From NCBI GenBank assembly GCA_903881505.1, contig CAIRTM010000102.1, forward strand, positions 8,389 to 72,388: a stretch of DNA of 64,000 nucleotides. Direction: 5' to 3'. Numbering within the stretch: position 1 is the first letter of the stretch; the number at the start of each line of letters is the position of its first letter. Shown one piece after another: positions 10,454-19,241 of the stretch. A program made the position numbers and the translations under genes. The notes beneath the pieces are model-generated. The model saw nothing but the letters and a program-made list of their open reading frames with translations. It was not told the origin of the DNA and made no database searches. This DNA comes from an uncultured delta proteobacterium (GTDB lineage Bacteria > Desulfobacterota > WTBG01 > CAIYCZ01 > CAIRTM01).

Positions 10454-11578
10454 TTAAAGAGCGTGAGTTTTTCCAAACTTCTTTATTAAATCGACGATCT
10501 TATTCACATCATCAGTAGAAAGCCTTGGATGCAAGGGAATACTCAGGCAGTCATCATTCAGTACCTCGGAATTTTTCAAGCGAACATCCATCTGTTTATA
10601 AAGGGGATTCATGTGAAGCGGGTGGTAGCGAACCGTTGTATAGACATCATTGTCTAATAGATAGTGAGCCAGATCATCGCGTTTAGGCATGCGCATGCAA
10701 TAGGTAAAATAGGAATGGCGATCACCGGGCTGCGCATCAACGGGTGTAGTAATCCAGCCTAATCGTCCAAATTCATCCTGGTAGTGGCGCCAAATATCAG
10801 CCCGAATCTTCTGGAGCGTATCTATGCGGTCAAGCTGGGCTATACCGATACCGGCAGCTATATTGGTGGGCAGCATTTTAATAAAGGGTTCCTGAATGTT
10901 GTATTCCCACCAGCGTGCTTTACCGCCGGCATTGGCCACGGCTGAATCGAAACCGGATTTGCCGATGCCGCAGTAGCGCATTACTTTGGCCCGCTCAATC
11001 CGCGCAGGCAGTCTTGCGGTAATACCGCCACCCTCGCCAACGGTAAGGTTTTTTACGGCGTCATAACTAAAAATGCCAACGTCGCCTATCGCCCCGCAAG
11101 GGTTCCCTTTATAGGTACTGTCCACCGCGTGGGCGGCATCTTCGATTACCGGATAACCCAGCGACAAGATGGGGTCCATATCGACGGCCAGACCGGCGTA
11201 GTGAACTACCATAACGGCTGCAGTTTTCCCGGTTACTTTAGCTTCGACGTCTTCGCGCCGCACATTCATGGTCCTGTGATCAACATCACAGAACACCGGG
11301 CGATGACCAGCCAACAAGATAGCTTGTGCACAGGAAACCCAGGTAAATGAAGGCAGAATAATCTCAGAGCCATGCGGCAGATCGAGCAATTTGACCGCCA
11401 TGTACAAAGCATTCGAGCCACTGTCCACCATGGCAAAAGACGGCAGGTGATATTTTTCCATGTATTTTTTTTCAAAGATCTCAACATTCTTGCCGAAACC
11501 CATCCATTGGCTGCGCATGCAGGCCATTACGTTGGCGATTTCCTCATCACCAATAAGGGAGCCAAATACTGAAATCAT
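10454..11578 (-). CDS. DegT/DnrJ/EryC1/StrS-family PLP-dependent sugar aminotransferase
   Basis: DSGSNALYMAV, IEDAAHA and the Schiff-base lysine context FSYDAVKNLTVGEGG. The start overlaps the upstream GNAT stop (ATGA at 11575-11578). Confidence 0.85.
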   Translation of the reverse strand: MISVFGSLIGDEEIANVMACMRSQWMGFGKNVEIFEKKYMEKYHLPSFAMVDSGSNALYMAVKLLDLPHGSEIILPSFTWVSCAQAILLAGHRPVFCDVDHRTMNVRREDVEAKVTGKTAAVMVVHYAGLAVDMDPILSLGYPVIEDAAHAVDSTYKGNPCGAIGDVGIFSYDAVKNLTVGEGGGITARLPARIERAKVMRYCGIGKSGFDSAVANAGGKARWWEYNIQEPFIKMLPTNIAAGIGIAQLDRIDTLQKIRADIWRHYQDEFGRLGWITTPVDAQPGDRHSYFTYCMRMPKRDDLAHYLLDNDVYTTVRYHPLHMNPLYKQMDVRLKNSEVLNDDCLSIPLHPRLSTDDVNKIVDLIKKFGKTHAL

Positions 11579-12099
11579 ATTTTCCCTCCAAATTGTTTTA
11601 ATTGCGCTTCAGGTAATATTACAACATAATGTTCTTCAAACTCGGCATTTATCACAAAACCCCGCCGAACATACCATTGCAACGCAGGATTGGTCTTTAG
11701 TACCGACGCTACTATGGGTTTGTTTGGATAGCGCCGCATAGCTTCGCTGCAAACAATCTTCAGCGCATTGGCCATGTAGCCGTTCTTTGAAAACTCCTTT
11801 CGACCAAGAATAACATTGTAAATATCAACTGTATTTTTTATCAGTCGGAATCCAATGCATCCTATCTTTTCATTGTCCTGTTGAACAATCATCATAAAGT
11901 CGTCATTTGTTTGTGTATATGATTGAAACCAAGTATTTTGCATTTCTGAAGTAATGGTTTCCTTAAAAAAGAAACTGCCCCTGTGGTCGTTTTTCCATAC
12001 TCTCAGCAGTTCAATATCTTGCTGCGAAATACTTCTGAGAATGAACTTGTCGTTCTCCTGGCTTGTCAGAGAAAACTCTTTGGATTTAATAAGGCGCAT
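11575..12099 (-). CDS. GNAT-family N-acetyltransferase (amino-sugar acetyltransferase candidate)
   Basis: 174 aa with GNAT-like core strands (IGCIGFRLI ... ILGRKEF ... GYMANAL). Translationally coupled to the aminotransferase downstream. Confidence 0.65.
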   Translation of the reverse strand: MRLIKSKEFSLTSQENDKFILRSISQQDIELLRVWKNDHRGSFFFKETITSEMQNTWFQSYTQTNDDFMMIVQQDNEKIGCIGFRLIKNTVDIYNVILGRKEFSKNGYMANALKIVCSEAMRRYPNKPIVASVLKTNPALQWYVRRGFVINAEFEEHYVVILPEAQLKQFGGKI

Positions 12100-12119
12100 A
12101 GCAAAAAATATCCATGTTT

Positions 12120-12611
12120 CTATGTGCAGCGGGGGCTTTCAAGACACTGCTGTCTCGATGTCTGCTTTCTTTCACAACGCGTCTTCCCTGCCTGAAAACC
12201 GCAGAAGCCGGCAGCATGCTCATCTTGTATTTGCGGCGTCGGTGCAGGCGCAGGCATTTTCAAAACGAATACATCGTTATCCACCATGTTTTCGGGCGCC
12301 GCCGGTACACCGGTTGGGCATTCTATTGACAGATAATCGTGTTCCTCACCGCTGAAGTATTCCTGATGCTTCCCGTCAATCTTCAAAACGATTCGAACAT
12401 TACTCTTGCTGCGGGGTAAACAGCCAGATCGAATAAAGTTCAGATGAGGCCCTTTTATGCATCCGGAAGATGCGACGGTAAGATACAGCTGCCGTGGTCC
12501 TTGCTTCGGGGCAAGGAAACCATCATGAAAGCTGTAGAGCGGAACGGGATAGCCGCTGCCCTGTTTTTCGTGAGCGCAGGCGGCGAATTTATTATGCGGC
12601 ATTGTTCTCAA
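12120..12611 (-). CDS. cupin-fold protein (RmlC/FdtA/WbuC-like), possibly degenerate
   Basis: The strand pattern ...CIKGPHLN...SNVRIVLKIDGKHQEY...LSIECPTGVPAAPENM...VFVLKMPA resembles sugar epimerase/ketoisomerase cupins. The metal/His positions look substituted, and the last ~40 aa (Gln/Arg/Cys-rich) do not look protein-like. Confidence 0.35.
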   Translation of the reverse strand: MRTMPHNKFAACAHEKQGSGYPVPLYSFHDGFLAPKQGPRQLYLTVASSGCIKGPHLNFIRSGCLPRSKSNVRIVLKIDGKHQEYFSGEEHDYLSIECPTGVPAAPENMVDNDVFVLKMPAPAPTPQIQDEHAAGFCGFQAGKTRCERKQTSRQQCLESPRCT

Positions 12612-12716
12612 TTGTATAGATCACCTGCTGGCATTCAGGCATTTAACCCGATATGGGCGCATCTGTTTTCAGTTACTGCTGCTGAACCGGCCTTAATAAA
12701 CAGGGGCCTCCATCGG

Positions 12717-13121
12717 TTAATGGTTGTAACCGCCAGCATTTTTGCGCGTATTGCGGGCGGCGGTCAACTGTTTTTTCTGCGCTGTATAAATTGGTCCTGC
12801 CTGTCCTGTATTGAGCTGGTCCGCTTTCACATAGCCGATACCCGCCGGATACCGCTCTTTGTTGTGCCGGCCAAAATATTTCAGGCACTAGCCGTCTAAT
12901 CCGTTTTCAATATAATGCTTAAGTCTTCGTCTGTCGAAAAGGCCGCACCCTGGCGTTCGCTTAGACAAAATCCCTTTTTCGAGCGGCACCTTGTTCTTAA
13001 CAAAAACATCCACAATCAGTGAAGAAAAACCTCGTTTTACAGGCCAGTCCTCTTGAGCTGATCCACCTACCAGTTCAGAAGGGAAAAAATGGTCTGATAC
13101 GTCCCGAATTTCTTTTCCCAC
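12717..13121 (-). pseudogene. ORF interrupted by an in-frame TAG (77 + 56 codons), identity unknown
   Basis: The track ORF 12888-13121 ends ...HYIENGLDG at the TAG at 12890-12888. The same frame continues CLKYFGRHNKERYPAGIGYVKADQLNTGQAGPIYTAQKKQLTAARNTRKNAGGYNH to the TAA at 12719-12717. Its 5' part overlaps the 3' end of the EpsG-like gene. Confidence 0.3.
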
Positions 13122-14206
13122 ACCGGCGAATTAAAAAACACCACGAACCTATATAACGTAAACGGAATCAGCGACCCCAGGAGCATCAGCTTATACAGCG
13201 CATTCCGCGTCGTTATCGCGATAATCGGATAGACTGCAACCATAACCGGCGCAAAGTACATATTTATTCGCGCGATCATCGCCAGCTGAAACGCCAGCGG
13301 AGTGAACATAAACGTCAATATTGCCAGCTTGAACAAAAGCCGCCGTGCCGCTAAAACGGGGAACGGCTCGGCCTGTCCCGGCAGTACCCCCTCGTGTTCG
13401 GCCAGGTCGGCGCGGATAAACTCCATGCCCGCAAAATACAATACACTCCCAAACAAAAAGAGTGAATACACAAGCCCGAGTCCTGAACTAAGCGACGTTC
13501 CGCCCTCATAGCTCTCGGTATATTTTTCGAATAAGGTACCGGTCACGCTGGTGATGAAGGCAAATACCGGCTCACCGTACAAATACAGGCACACATATAT
13601 TAATGAGCACAGCACGGCGATAAACTTATTGATTTTGATATTAACAAAGGCCAGTAACGCTATCGGAACCAGCACCCTGGCGCTATAATGAAATGACGAC
13701 GCAGCGCCCACCAGCAATAAATATCCCAAAATCCGCTTTTTATACAAGAACTCAATCCCGACAAGAAACAACAGAATCCCCATATTTTGACGCATCGCCG
13801 AAGCTGGCACTAACAGCAACTCATAGTCAAAGCAATAGAGAAAAATCCCCAGCCACTGATACTTTGCGGGAACAAAGTTGCGGAAAAAGCGATAGATGAC
13901 CACACAGGTCAGCAGCGAAGTAAACATCACCATCGTAAAAAAACCAAATGGCTTAAAGACGAAATTCAGCAGGACCCACCCTGGCTCCCATGCTGTTACA
14001 TCAAAAAACTTATGCGCATTGTACTTATAGGTAATTTCCTTAAACCCGTCCAGATAAGTCATATAGTCGTTGCCGTAGTCATACCGCAACGCCAAAAAAA
14101 CAAAAATAATAACGAACGCCGCCTTCAGCCCCCAACCGTTTTGGCGATGTTGACTTAAACAGGACAAGATAACTGCAATCGATCCTACAATAATCGGAAT
14201 AAGCAT
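13067..14206 (-). CDS. EpsG-family / Wzy-like polysaccharide polymerase
   Basis: 379 aa and about 10-11 TM helices. Early LRYDYGNDYMTYLDGF motif characteristic of the EpsG family. Paired with a Wzx-like gene in the same cassette. Confidence 0.6.
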   Translation of the reverse strand: MLIPIIVGSIAVILSCLSQHRQNGWGLKAAFVIIFVFLALRYDYGNDYMTYLDGFKEITYKYNAHKFFDVTAWEPGWVLLNFVFKPFGFFTMVMFTSLLTCVVIYRFFRNFVPAKYQWLGIFLYCFDYELLLVPASAMRQNMGILLFLVGIEFLYKKRILGYLLLVGAASSFHYSARVLVPIALLAFVNIKINKFIAVLCSLIYVCLYLYGEPVFAFITSVTGTLFEKYTESYEGGTSLSSGLGLVYSLFLFGSVLYFAGMEFIRADLAEHEGVLPGQAEPFPVLAARRLLFKLAILTFMFTPLAFQLAMIARINMYFAPVMVAVYPIIAITTRNALYKLMLLGSLIPFTLYRFVVFFNSPVWEKKFGTYQTIFSLLNW

Positions 14207-14408
14207 ATGGAGTAATCGCTTTTCTAATTGTTACAGAGCTTCGACAACCGAGGGAACAAACGTGCCGTTCTCACAGATCCAGCGCCAGGCGAGCCCCCTG
14301 TCCTGCCTCATCATATAATACTCCGTTTCAGACAAAGACGCCACTGTGAGCTTTTTTCAGATGTTGCGCGCGGTCAGGCGGCGGTGACGTGTGATAAAAG
14401 AAAGCGCT

Positions 14409-14675
14409 TTATACCTTTACCATGTTGTAGCCGCTTGATGCCAGCAGCGCATTGATCCGATCACCCCCGCTGCCCTTGCGCCGGTGGCGATCCATGAGGC
14501 AGCCCGACTTTATATGCCCGATTTTAGGCCCAATCGTAAAGCGCCGCCCGTACCTCCTCCACTCATTGCGACTTTTATTTTTGCGGCGCCTGCCCGCTAT
14601 GCGCACCTCAGCGTTGTTAACTGTGCCAGTATTTTCCCTGTCCACAAAGGCGTGTGCCGGCCGCGCGCCGCGCAA
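14409..14675 (-). mobile_element. C-terminal remnant of an IS4/IS5-superfamily DDE transposase
   Basis: ...RRRKNKSRNEWRRYGRRFTIGPKIGHIKSGCLMDRHRRKGSGGDRINALLASSGYNMVKV matches the conserved transposase tail (kRR.aIEP.IGHlKsd.rm.Rn.LKG..GD.iNa.LaaaGyN..k). No upstream catalytic region is left in any frame. Confidence 0.6.
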
Positions 14676-14983
14676 GCCGCGGCAGCTATTCCAGCTGAGA
14701 CAGGGATCCGGATTTTACGGTAATTGCATCAAAAATCCCGGCTCAGGTTTTCATCGGAGCGGCGATTTGTTTGGGACCCATTAAAATGGGTGCTCCGGGA
14801 AAAACCTAAAGGCAAGCGGGCTTATCATTTTGAGCGCAGCGAAGAATCACGGTTTATTAAAGCGTAGTAACTTTTTCAGCCTTGTTGCTGAGCCACCGGC
14901 TGTTTTATTGCATGACATTTGCGTTGATATATGGTTGAATTAACAACATAGTCCAAACGTTCGATCTGTGAATTCCCCCAAAA

Positions 14984-16306
14984 ATGTTTTCAGATATCAC
15001 AAAAACCATGGATTTGAAAGCAGTTAATTTAACACCGGAAGAGCAGCTGGTTATGCTGTGCTGCCGGCAGGCGGTGAATCAGGATTCCTCAATACATATT
15101 GATCCTCTTCTGGCTCATGATCTCGACTGGGCGACCATTGAATACATGATAGGATTGCATGGTATTGCCGGTTTTGCACATGCAGCACTTTCTAAGTATG
15201 CACAGGCGGCACATGTCCCTCATGCCCTAATTGAACGACTTAAACAGCAAACCATAAAAATCGCTTTTAACAATCAGCTCTATATCAATGAATTTCATGC
15301 CCTTGTCAAGGAATGCAACCGCGAACAGATTCGACTAATGCCCCTTAAGGGCATTGCTTTTTTAACATCCCTGTATGCGCACAACGCCACGCTGCGCTCT
15401 CTTTCAGACATTGATATCCTGTTTAACAAAAAAGACCTTAAGCGCGCTGGTGATATTCTTGTTGCCCTTGGATATGAGCGAAAACATATGAGTGCCAGGG
15501 AAGAGGCTCGCTCATTTCATTCAAAATACCACCGCCGCGTCTCCGGCTTTACAATCCCGATAGAGGTGCACTGGGATATAGACCACGCTGATTCCCCCTA
15601 TGCGATAGACATTGCCGAGTGCTGGCTGCGAAGCCACGCTGTTACGGACAAAACAGGCGTATATTATGAACTTTCAATTGAAGACAATCTCATCCTTAAC
15701 TGCGTCCATGTCCTGCGCCACGCACGGAAGGGACCAGATGAAATATTACATTTAAAGAATTTTTGCGATATTGCTAAATTGATAACCCTGTCCGACATGG
15801 AAATCGACTGGGAATGTCTCCTGCGTCGCTCGCGTGACTATAAAGTCCTGCGACCTGTTGCCATGGCGCTGTACCTGGTTCGCAACCTGCTGGGGGTTAC
15901 GGCAATTTCTATGGATGTAGCCGAAGCGCTAAAAGAAGAAGGATTTCAGAATGCTTTTGAATTGTGTGCAGTGAAGGAATATATTTTCGGGCATAGGAAT
16001 ACCCAAAAAAACTATCTTCCTTTTTGGATGGTTGACGTGGCAACCAAAACAACGCTACGGGATAAAATCAAAATTTTTTTGGATATACCCACCATTATAG
16101 CAAACCTTTATGATGCCAGATACTTCGGCAGTTCGCATCCCTCGGCCATACGGACCATCGTAAGCATAGCAGGGCATTATTCGAAAAAAATAGCCCTCAC
16201 TGTGGCGCTATGGGTATTCTCGCCCCGTAAAACTCGGCAGCTGCAACACACGATGGTCAGCCGAAACCTAAAAGCCAGTCAAATGATTGACTGGCTCCGA
16301 CAGTAG
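14984..16306 (+). CDS. uncharacterised nucleotidyltransferase family protein (NTP_transf_5-like)
   Basis: 440 aa. LMPLKGIAFLTSLYAHNATLRSLSDIDILFNKKDLKRAGDILVALGYE ... IEVHWDI fits my recollection of the 'uncharacterised nucleotidyltransferase' family (G..R...DiDiLv + H.h). Confidence 0.6.
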   Translation: MFSDITKTMDLKAVNLTPEEQLVMLCCRQAVNQDSSIHIDPLLAHDLDWATIEYMIGLHGIAGFAHAALSKYAQAAHVPHALIERLKQQTIKIAFNNQLYINEFHALVKECNREQIRLMPLKGIAFLTSLYAHNATLRSLSDIDILFNKKDLKRAGDILVALGYERKHMSAREEARSFHSKYHRRVSGFTIPIEVHWDIDHADSPYAIDIAECWLRSHAVTDKTGVYYELSIEDNLILNCVHVLRHARKGPDEILHLKNFCDIAKLITLSDMEIDWECLLRRSRDYKVLRPVAMALYLVRNLLGVTAISMDVAEALKEEGFQNAFELCAVKEYIFGHRNTQKNYLPFWMVDVATKTTLRDKIKIFLDIPTIIANLYDARYFGSSHPSAIRTIVSIAGHYSKKIALTVALWVFSPRKTRQLQHTMVSRNLKASQMIDWLRQ

Positions 16307-16333
16307 CGCTGCAGTAAAAAACAGGCCGGGCAT

Positions 16334-17470
16334 TCAGGCCGGTGCCGCAAATTTCTGTAAAAACCTGACTACGTTCTGAACTTCCGCTTTATTGATTTTT
16401 ACATGCGTCGGCAGATTAATAACCTCCCGGCTTGCCTTTTCACCCTCAGGGCACATACCGTCTCTGTAGCCGAGGGCGGCCATGTCCGTACCTTCCGGAT
16501 GCAGCGGAACCTCAAACCAGGAGCCGATTTCCAGTCGCTCGCGGGCGGCAAGCTGAAGGCATGCCCGTTTGTTTGCAACCCGAACCGGGTAGCGCAGGAG
16601 AGCACATTCCCTCTGTTCCGTGACAGCCGGAGTCCTGTATGGGGTCTGCCGTAACATTTCGGTATACAAGGCCGTATTCCTATGACGCGCGGCAATGCTT
16701 GCGTCGATGCTTTGAAGGTTCAACGCTCCTTCCCGCATCTGGGCGGGCGCCATTTTTTTCAGATAGCCGGCGGGCATTGATCCGGCAAGCTCTTCATTCG
16801 TAGATGATCCCGCTGTAATGCCCAGCCGTGAGAAAAGGCGGTATGCGCTGGTCATCATTGCATTGGTCCGCGGCGTCACCAATGCGTTATAGGCGGCTAT
16901 CTGAACTTTCAGCCGAAGATTTTCGGCAAACGAAACTTCTGCTGCGGTTCTGTAAACAGCCTGCAGTGCGGGCCTCAGCGATGGATCGTTCAGAAGCAGT
17001 ATGCCGCCCAGCCCCGTTGAAAACGGCTTGTTCCACTGCCCGGAAAAAAAAGATGCAACGCCGAATGTGCCGCACATGCGTCCCTTATAGCGGGAGCCGA
17101 AAGCATGGCAGCAGTCTTCAATGACACGCAGGTTGTTTCCCGCCGCCCACCGCATAAGCGCGTCCATGTCGGCCGGAATGCCGTAGGTGTGCTGAACGAT
17201 CAGGGCCCTGGTTGCCGGTGTCAGGCATGCATCAAGCAGCGCCGGATTGATGTTATAGGTTCCGGGATCGATATCGACGTATCGGCAGCGTATGTTCAAA
17301 AACCGGGCGGCACTCGGCACCACGAGGCACGTGTAACCCGGAACGATAATTTCATCGCCCTGCCCAAGGCCCATGGCCTTCAAAACAGCATAGAGCCCCA
17401 CGCGGCCTTTTGCGAACAGCATGACATTGTCCGGGGTAGTCCCAAAAAAATCAGCAAAAAGCTTCTGCAT
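16334..17470 (-). CDS. DegT/DnrJ/EryC1/StrS-family PLP-dependent aminotransferase
   Basis: GDEIIVPGYTC, VIEDCCHAFGS and the lysine context FFSGQWNKPFSTGLGG. A short-N-terminus subfamily. Confidence 0.8.
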   Translation of the reverse strand: MQKLFADFFGTTPDNVMLFAKGRVGLYAVLKAMGLGQGDEIIVPGYTCLVVPSAARFLNIRCRYVDIDPGTYNINPALLDACLTPATRALIVQHTYGIPADMDALMRWAAGNNLRVIEDCCHAFGSRYKGRMCGTFGVASFFSGQWNKPFSTGLGGILLLNDPSLRPALQAVYRTAAEVSFAENLRLKVQIAAYNALVTPRTNAMMTSAYRLFSRLGITAGSSTNEELAGSMPAGYLKKMAPAQMREGALNLQSIDASIAARHRNTALYTEMLRQTPYRTPAVTEQRECALLRYPVRVANKRACLQLAARERLEIGSWFEVPLHPEGTDMAALGYRDGMCPEGEKASREVINLPTHVKINKAEVQNVVRFLQKFAAPA

Positions 17471-17486
17471 CGCAGGGTCCTTCGTT

Positions 17487-18065
17487 TTAATCGATAAATT
17501 TAACTAATATATAATTGTTAGCCAGCCTTTTCACGACTTGATGCGTGTGCAATTTCAGCGATGCGATGTTTTGTTCCGATATTGTTGCATATGCCCCCCA
17601 CCCGAGTTTGCTCGCAATGCCGTACAGGATTTTTACCATGTCCCTGCCTATGCCTCTGCCAGCGCACGAAGGATCGACCACATAGCCGAGGAAGGCTTTT
17701 TTCCCGACAAAAAGCCTGAGCATGAAATAGCCGACCAGTGCAGCATTGTGAAAATAGCCGAAGGTTAAAAGATTTTTTGATGTCAGCACGTTTCGGAGCT
17801 CTTCACGGGTAAAGCCGTGCGGATTAAAAAATTTGACATAGTCCTTGTCCAGTTTTGAAAGCAGCGCGCAAAGCATATCGGCATCATCGGGCGTAATAAG
17901 GCGGTAGCGAAATCCATTGTTTGTTTCAACAGGGTCACGGTAGCGGCGCTCGATTTTTGCCAATTGCCGGTGATACAAAGTCCTGAGAGCCAGCTCATTG
18001 CAGCGTTCGATGGCTTTCCAGAGCGGCTTCAGGTTATGCTTGATATATAATAAGCATTTTTCCAT
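17487..18065 (-). CDS. GNAT-family N-acetyltransferase
   Basis: The acetyl-CoA loop VVDPSCAGRGIGRDMV (R/Q-x-x-G-x-G/A), directly upstream of the aminotransferase. Confidence 0.7.
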   Translation of the reverse strand: MEKCLLYIKHNLKPLWKAIERCNELALRTLYHRQLAKIERRYRDPVETNNGFRYRLITPDDADMLCALLSKLDKDYVKFFNPHGFTREELRNVLTSKNLLTFGYFHNAALVGYFMLRLFVGKKAFLGYVVDPSCAGRGIGRDMVKILYGIASKLGWGAYATISEQNIASLKLHTHQVVKRLANNYILVKFID

Positions 18066-18598
18066 TGTCGTTTATCCGCATCAGTCAGGATTGGCCATTC
18101 CCGTTGTTTATGCTTTTTAAGCCTTCACGCACCTTTGCAAAAGTGATTGAATGGCTGGTGCAGGGCATTAGTAGAAAATTGCATGCCCAAAAAAACAGCA
18201 TCAAATATATGCGTTGGGCCTGTACAGTCTGCTGTGTGAAATGATTGAAACATTTTTTTGCCGTATTGTTAAGGTTTTTTTCACCAGTCCGCACGGCAGG
18301 TTTTAATAACTCAATGCTTTGTTTGCCAGCCGGATCCGGTCCGGAGCAACAGGATGCTTCCGCGCAAGGAGCGCGGCCTCAAGATCCCCACGAATGGAGC
18401 AGCCATAAAAAACAGGATTCAACAAAGAATAAAAATTCAAAGGCATCGTTTTGTTTGATGGGATATTTGAAATACGGCTATTTTCAGGATCACGGTTGAA
18501 AGTTTTCGAAAAATGTATTGCCTGGAGCGCAGGTATTTTGTTTTGACAAACAGTTATTAGTTTACTATGTAAAATTGCAACGACTGAGAGCGAAAAGC

Positions 18599-19219
18599 AT
18601 GGCCTTTTATAAAAATTTTTATCTGCGCTTCGGTAAAAGGGCTTTTGATATATGTGCAGCCCTGCTTGGAATGTGCGTCATATTCCCTTTTATATGTATT
18701 GTTGCGGCCTGCATAGCCCTGAGCCGCACGGGGCCCGTGTTTTTTTCGCAGGAACGGATGGGCAGGGATTTCAAGCGATTCAAGCTCCACAAGTTCAGGA
18801 CAATGGTTGTGAATGCCCAGACAATGGGGCCTCAAATTACCAAAGGCACAGACGCCCGCATTACAAAAATCGGCAGATTCCTGAGAAACACCAAGCTTGA
18901 TGAACTGCCTCAGCTTCTCAACGTTCTCAAGGGCGACATGAGTATCGTGGGTCCGCGGCCCGAGGTTGAAAAATATGTCCTGCTTTTCAAGGATAAGTAC
19001 GAAAAGATTCTTTCCATACGGCCAGGGATTACGGATTATGCAACCATTGAATACAGGGATGAGCAGGACGTTTTGAACAGGTATGAGGACACCGTGCAGG
19101 GCTATGTCAATGATGTGCTGCCCGCGAAAATAGAGCTTTATGAAAAATATCTTCGCGAGATGGATTTTATAACCGACCTTAAAATTATTGTTTTGACTGC
19201 ACGGCGGATTTTCTTTTGA
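18599..19219 (+). CDS. PglC/WbaP-C-type monotopic phosphoglycosyl transferase (initiating sugar-1-phosphate transferase)
   Basis: KRAFDI + one re-entrant helix + ERMG...F.L.KFRTM ... TKLDELPQLLNVLKGDMSIVGPRPE. The start is moved to ATG 18599 (MAFYKNFY), giving the typical ~200-aa size. Confidence 0.88.
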   Translation: MAFYKNFYLRFGKRAFDICAALLGMCVIFPFICIVAACIALSRTGPVFFSQERMGRDFKRFKLHKFRTMVVNAQTMGPQITKGTDARITKIGRFLRNTKLDELPQLLNVLKGDMSIVGPRPEVEKYVLLFKDKYEKILSIRPGITDYATIEYRDEQDVLNRYEDTVQGYVNDVLPAKIELYEKYLREMDFITDLKIIVLTARRIFF

Positions 19220-19241
19220 AAGGCCTTGCAGCCAGGGTGCT

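Noticed and set aside
12673-12899. Track ORFs 12444-12899 (+) and 12673-12888 (-) in the gap between the cupin and the EpsG-like gene.
   Set aside because: Their composition is Arg/Cys/Gln-rich and motif-free. They overlap the more protein-like interrupted frame, so they are treated as non-coding shadows of a decayed gene.
12888-13121. Resemblance of ...SLIVDVFVKNKVPLEKGILSKRTPGCGLFDRRRLKHYIENGLDG to the N-terminal (DUF772-type) region of IS5/IS1182 transposases.
   Set aside because: The resemblance is only a loose spacing pattern (V..D.FV ... GRP..D...L.K.......G). Key residues do not match, and the continuation after the TAG does not fit. I therefore kept it as an unidentified pseudogene.
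14826-14860. A single arm of a motif that on the minus strand encodes VILRCAQNDK, reminiscent of common palindromic intergenic repeats.
   Set aside because: No complementary arm lies nearby and there is no second copy in the window. It is mentioned only as context for the IS-remnant seam, not called as a feature.
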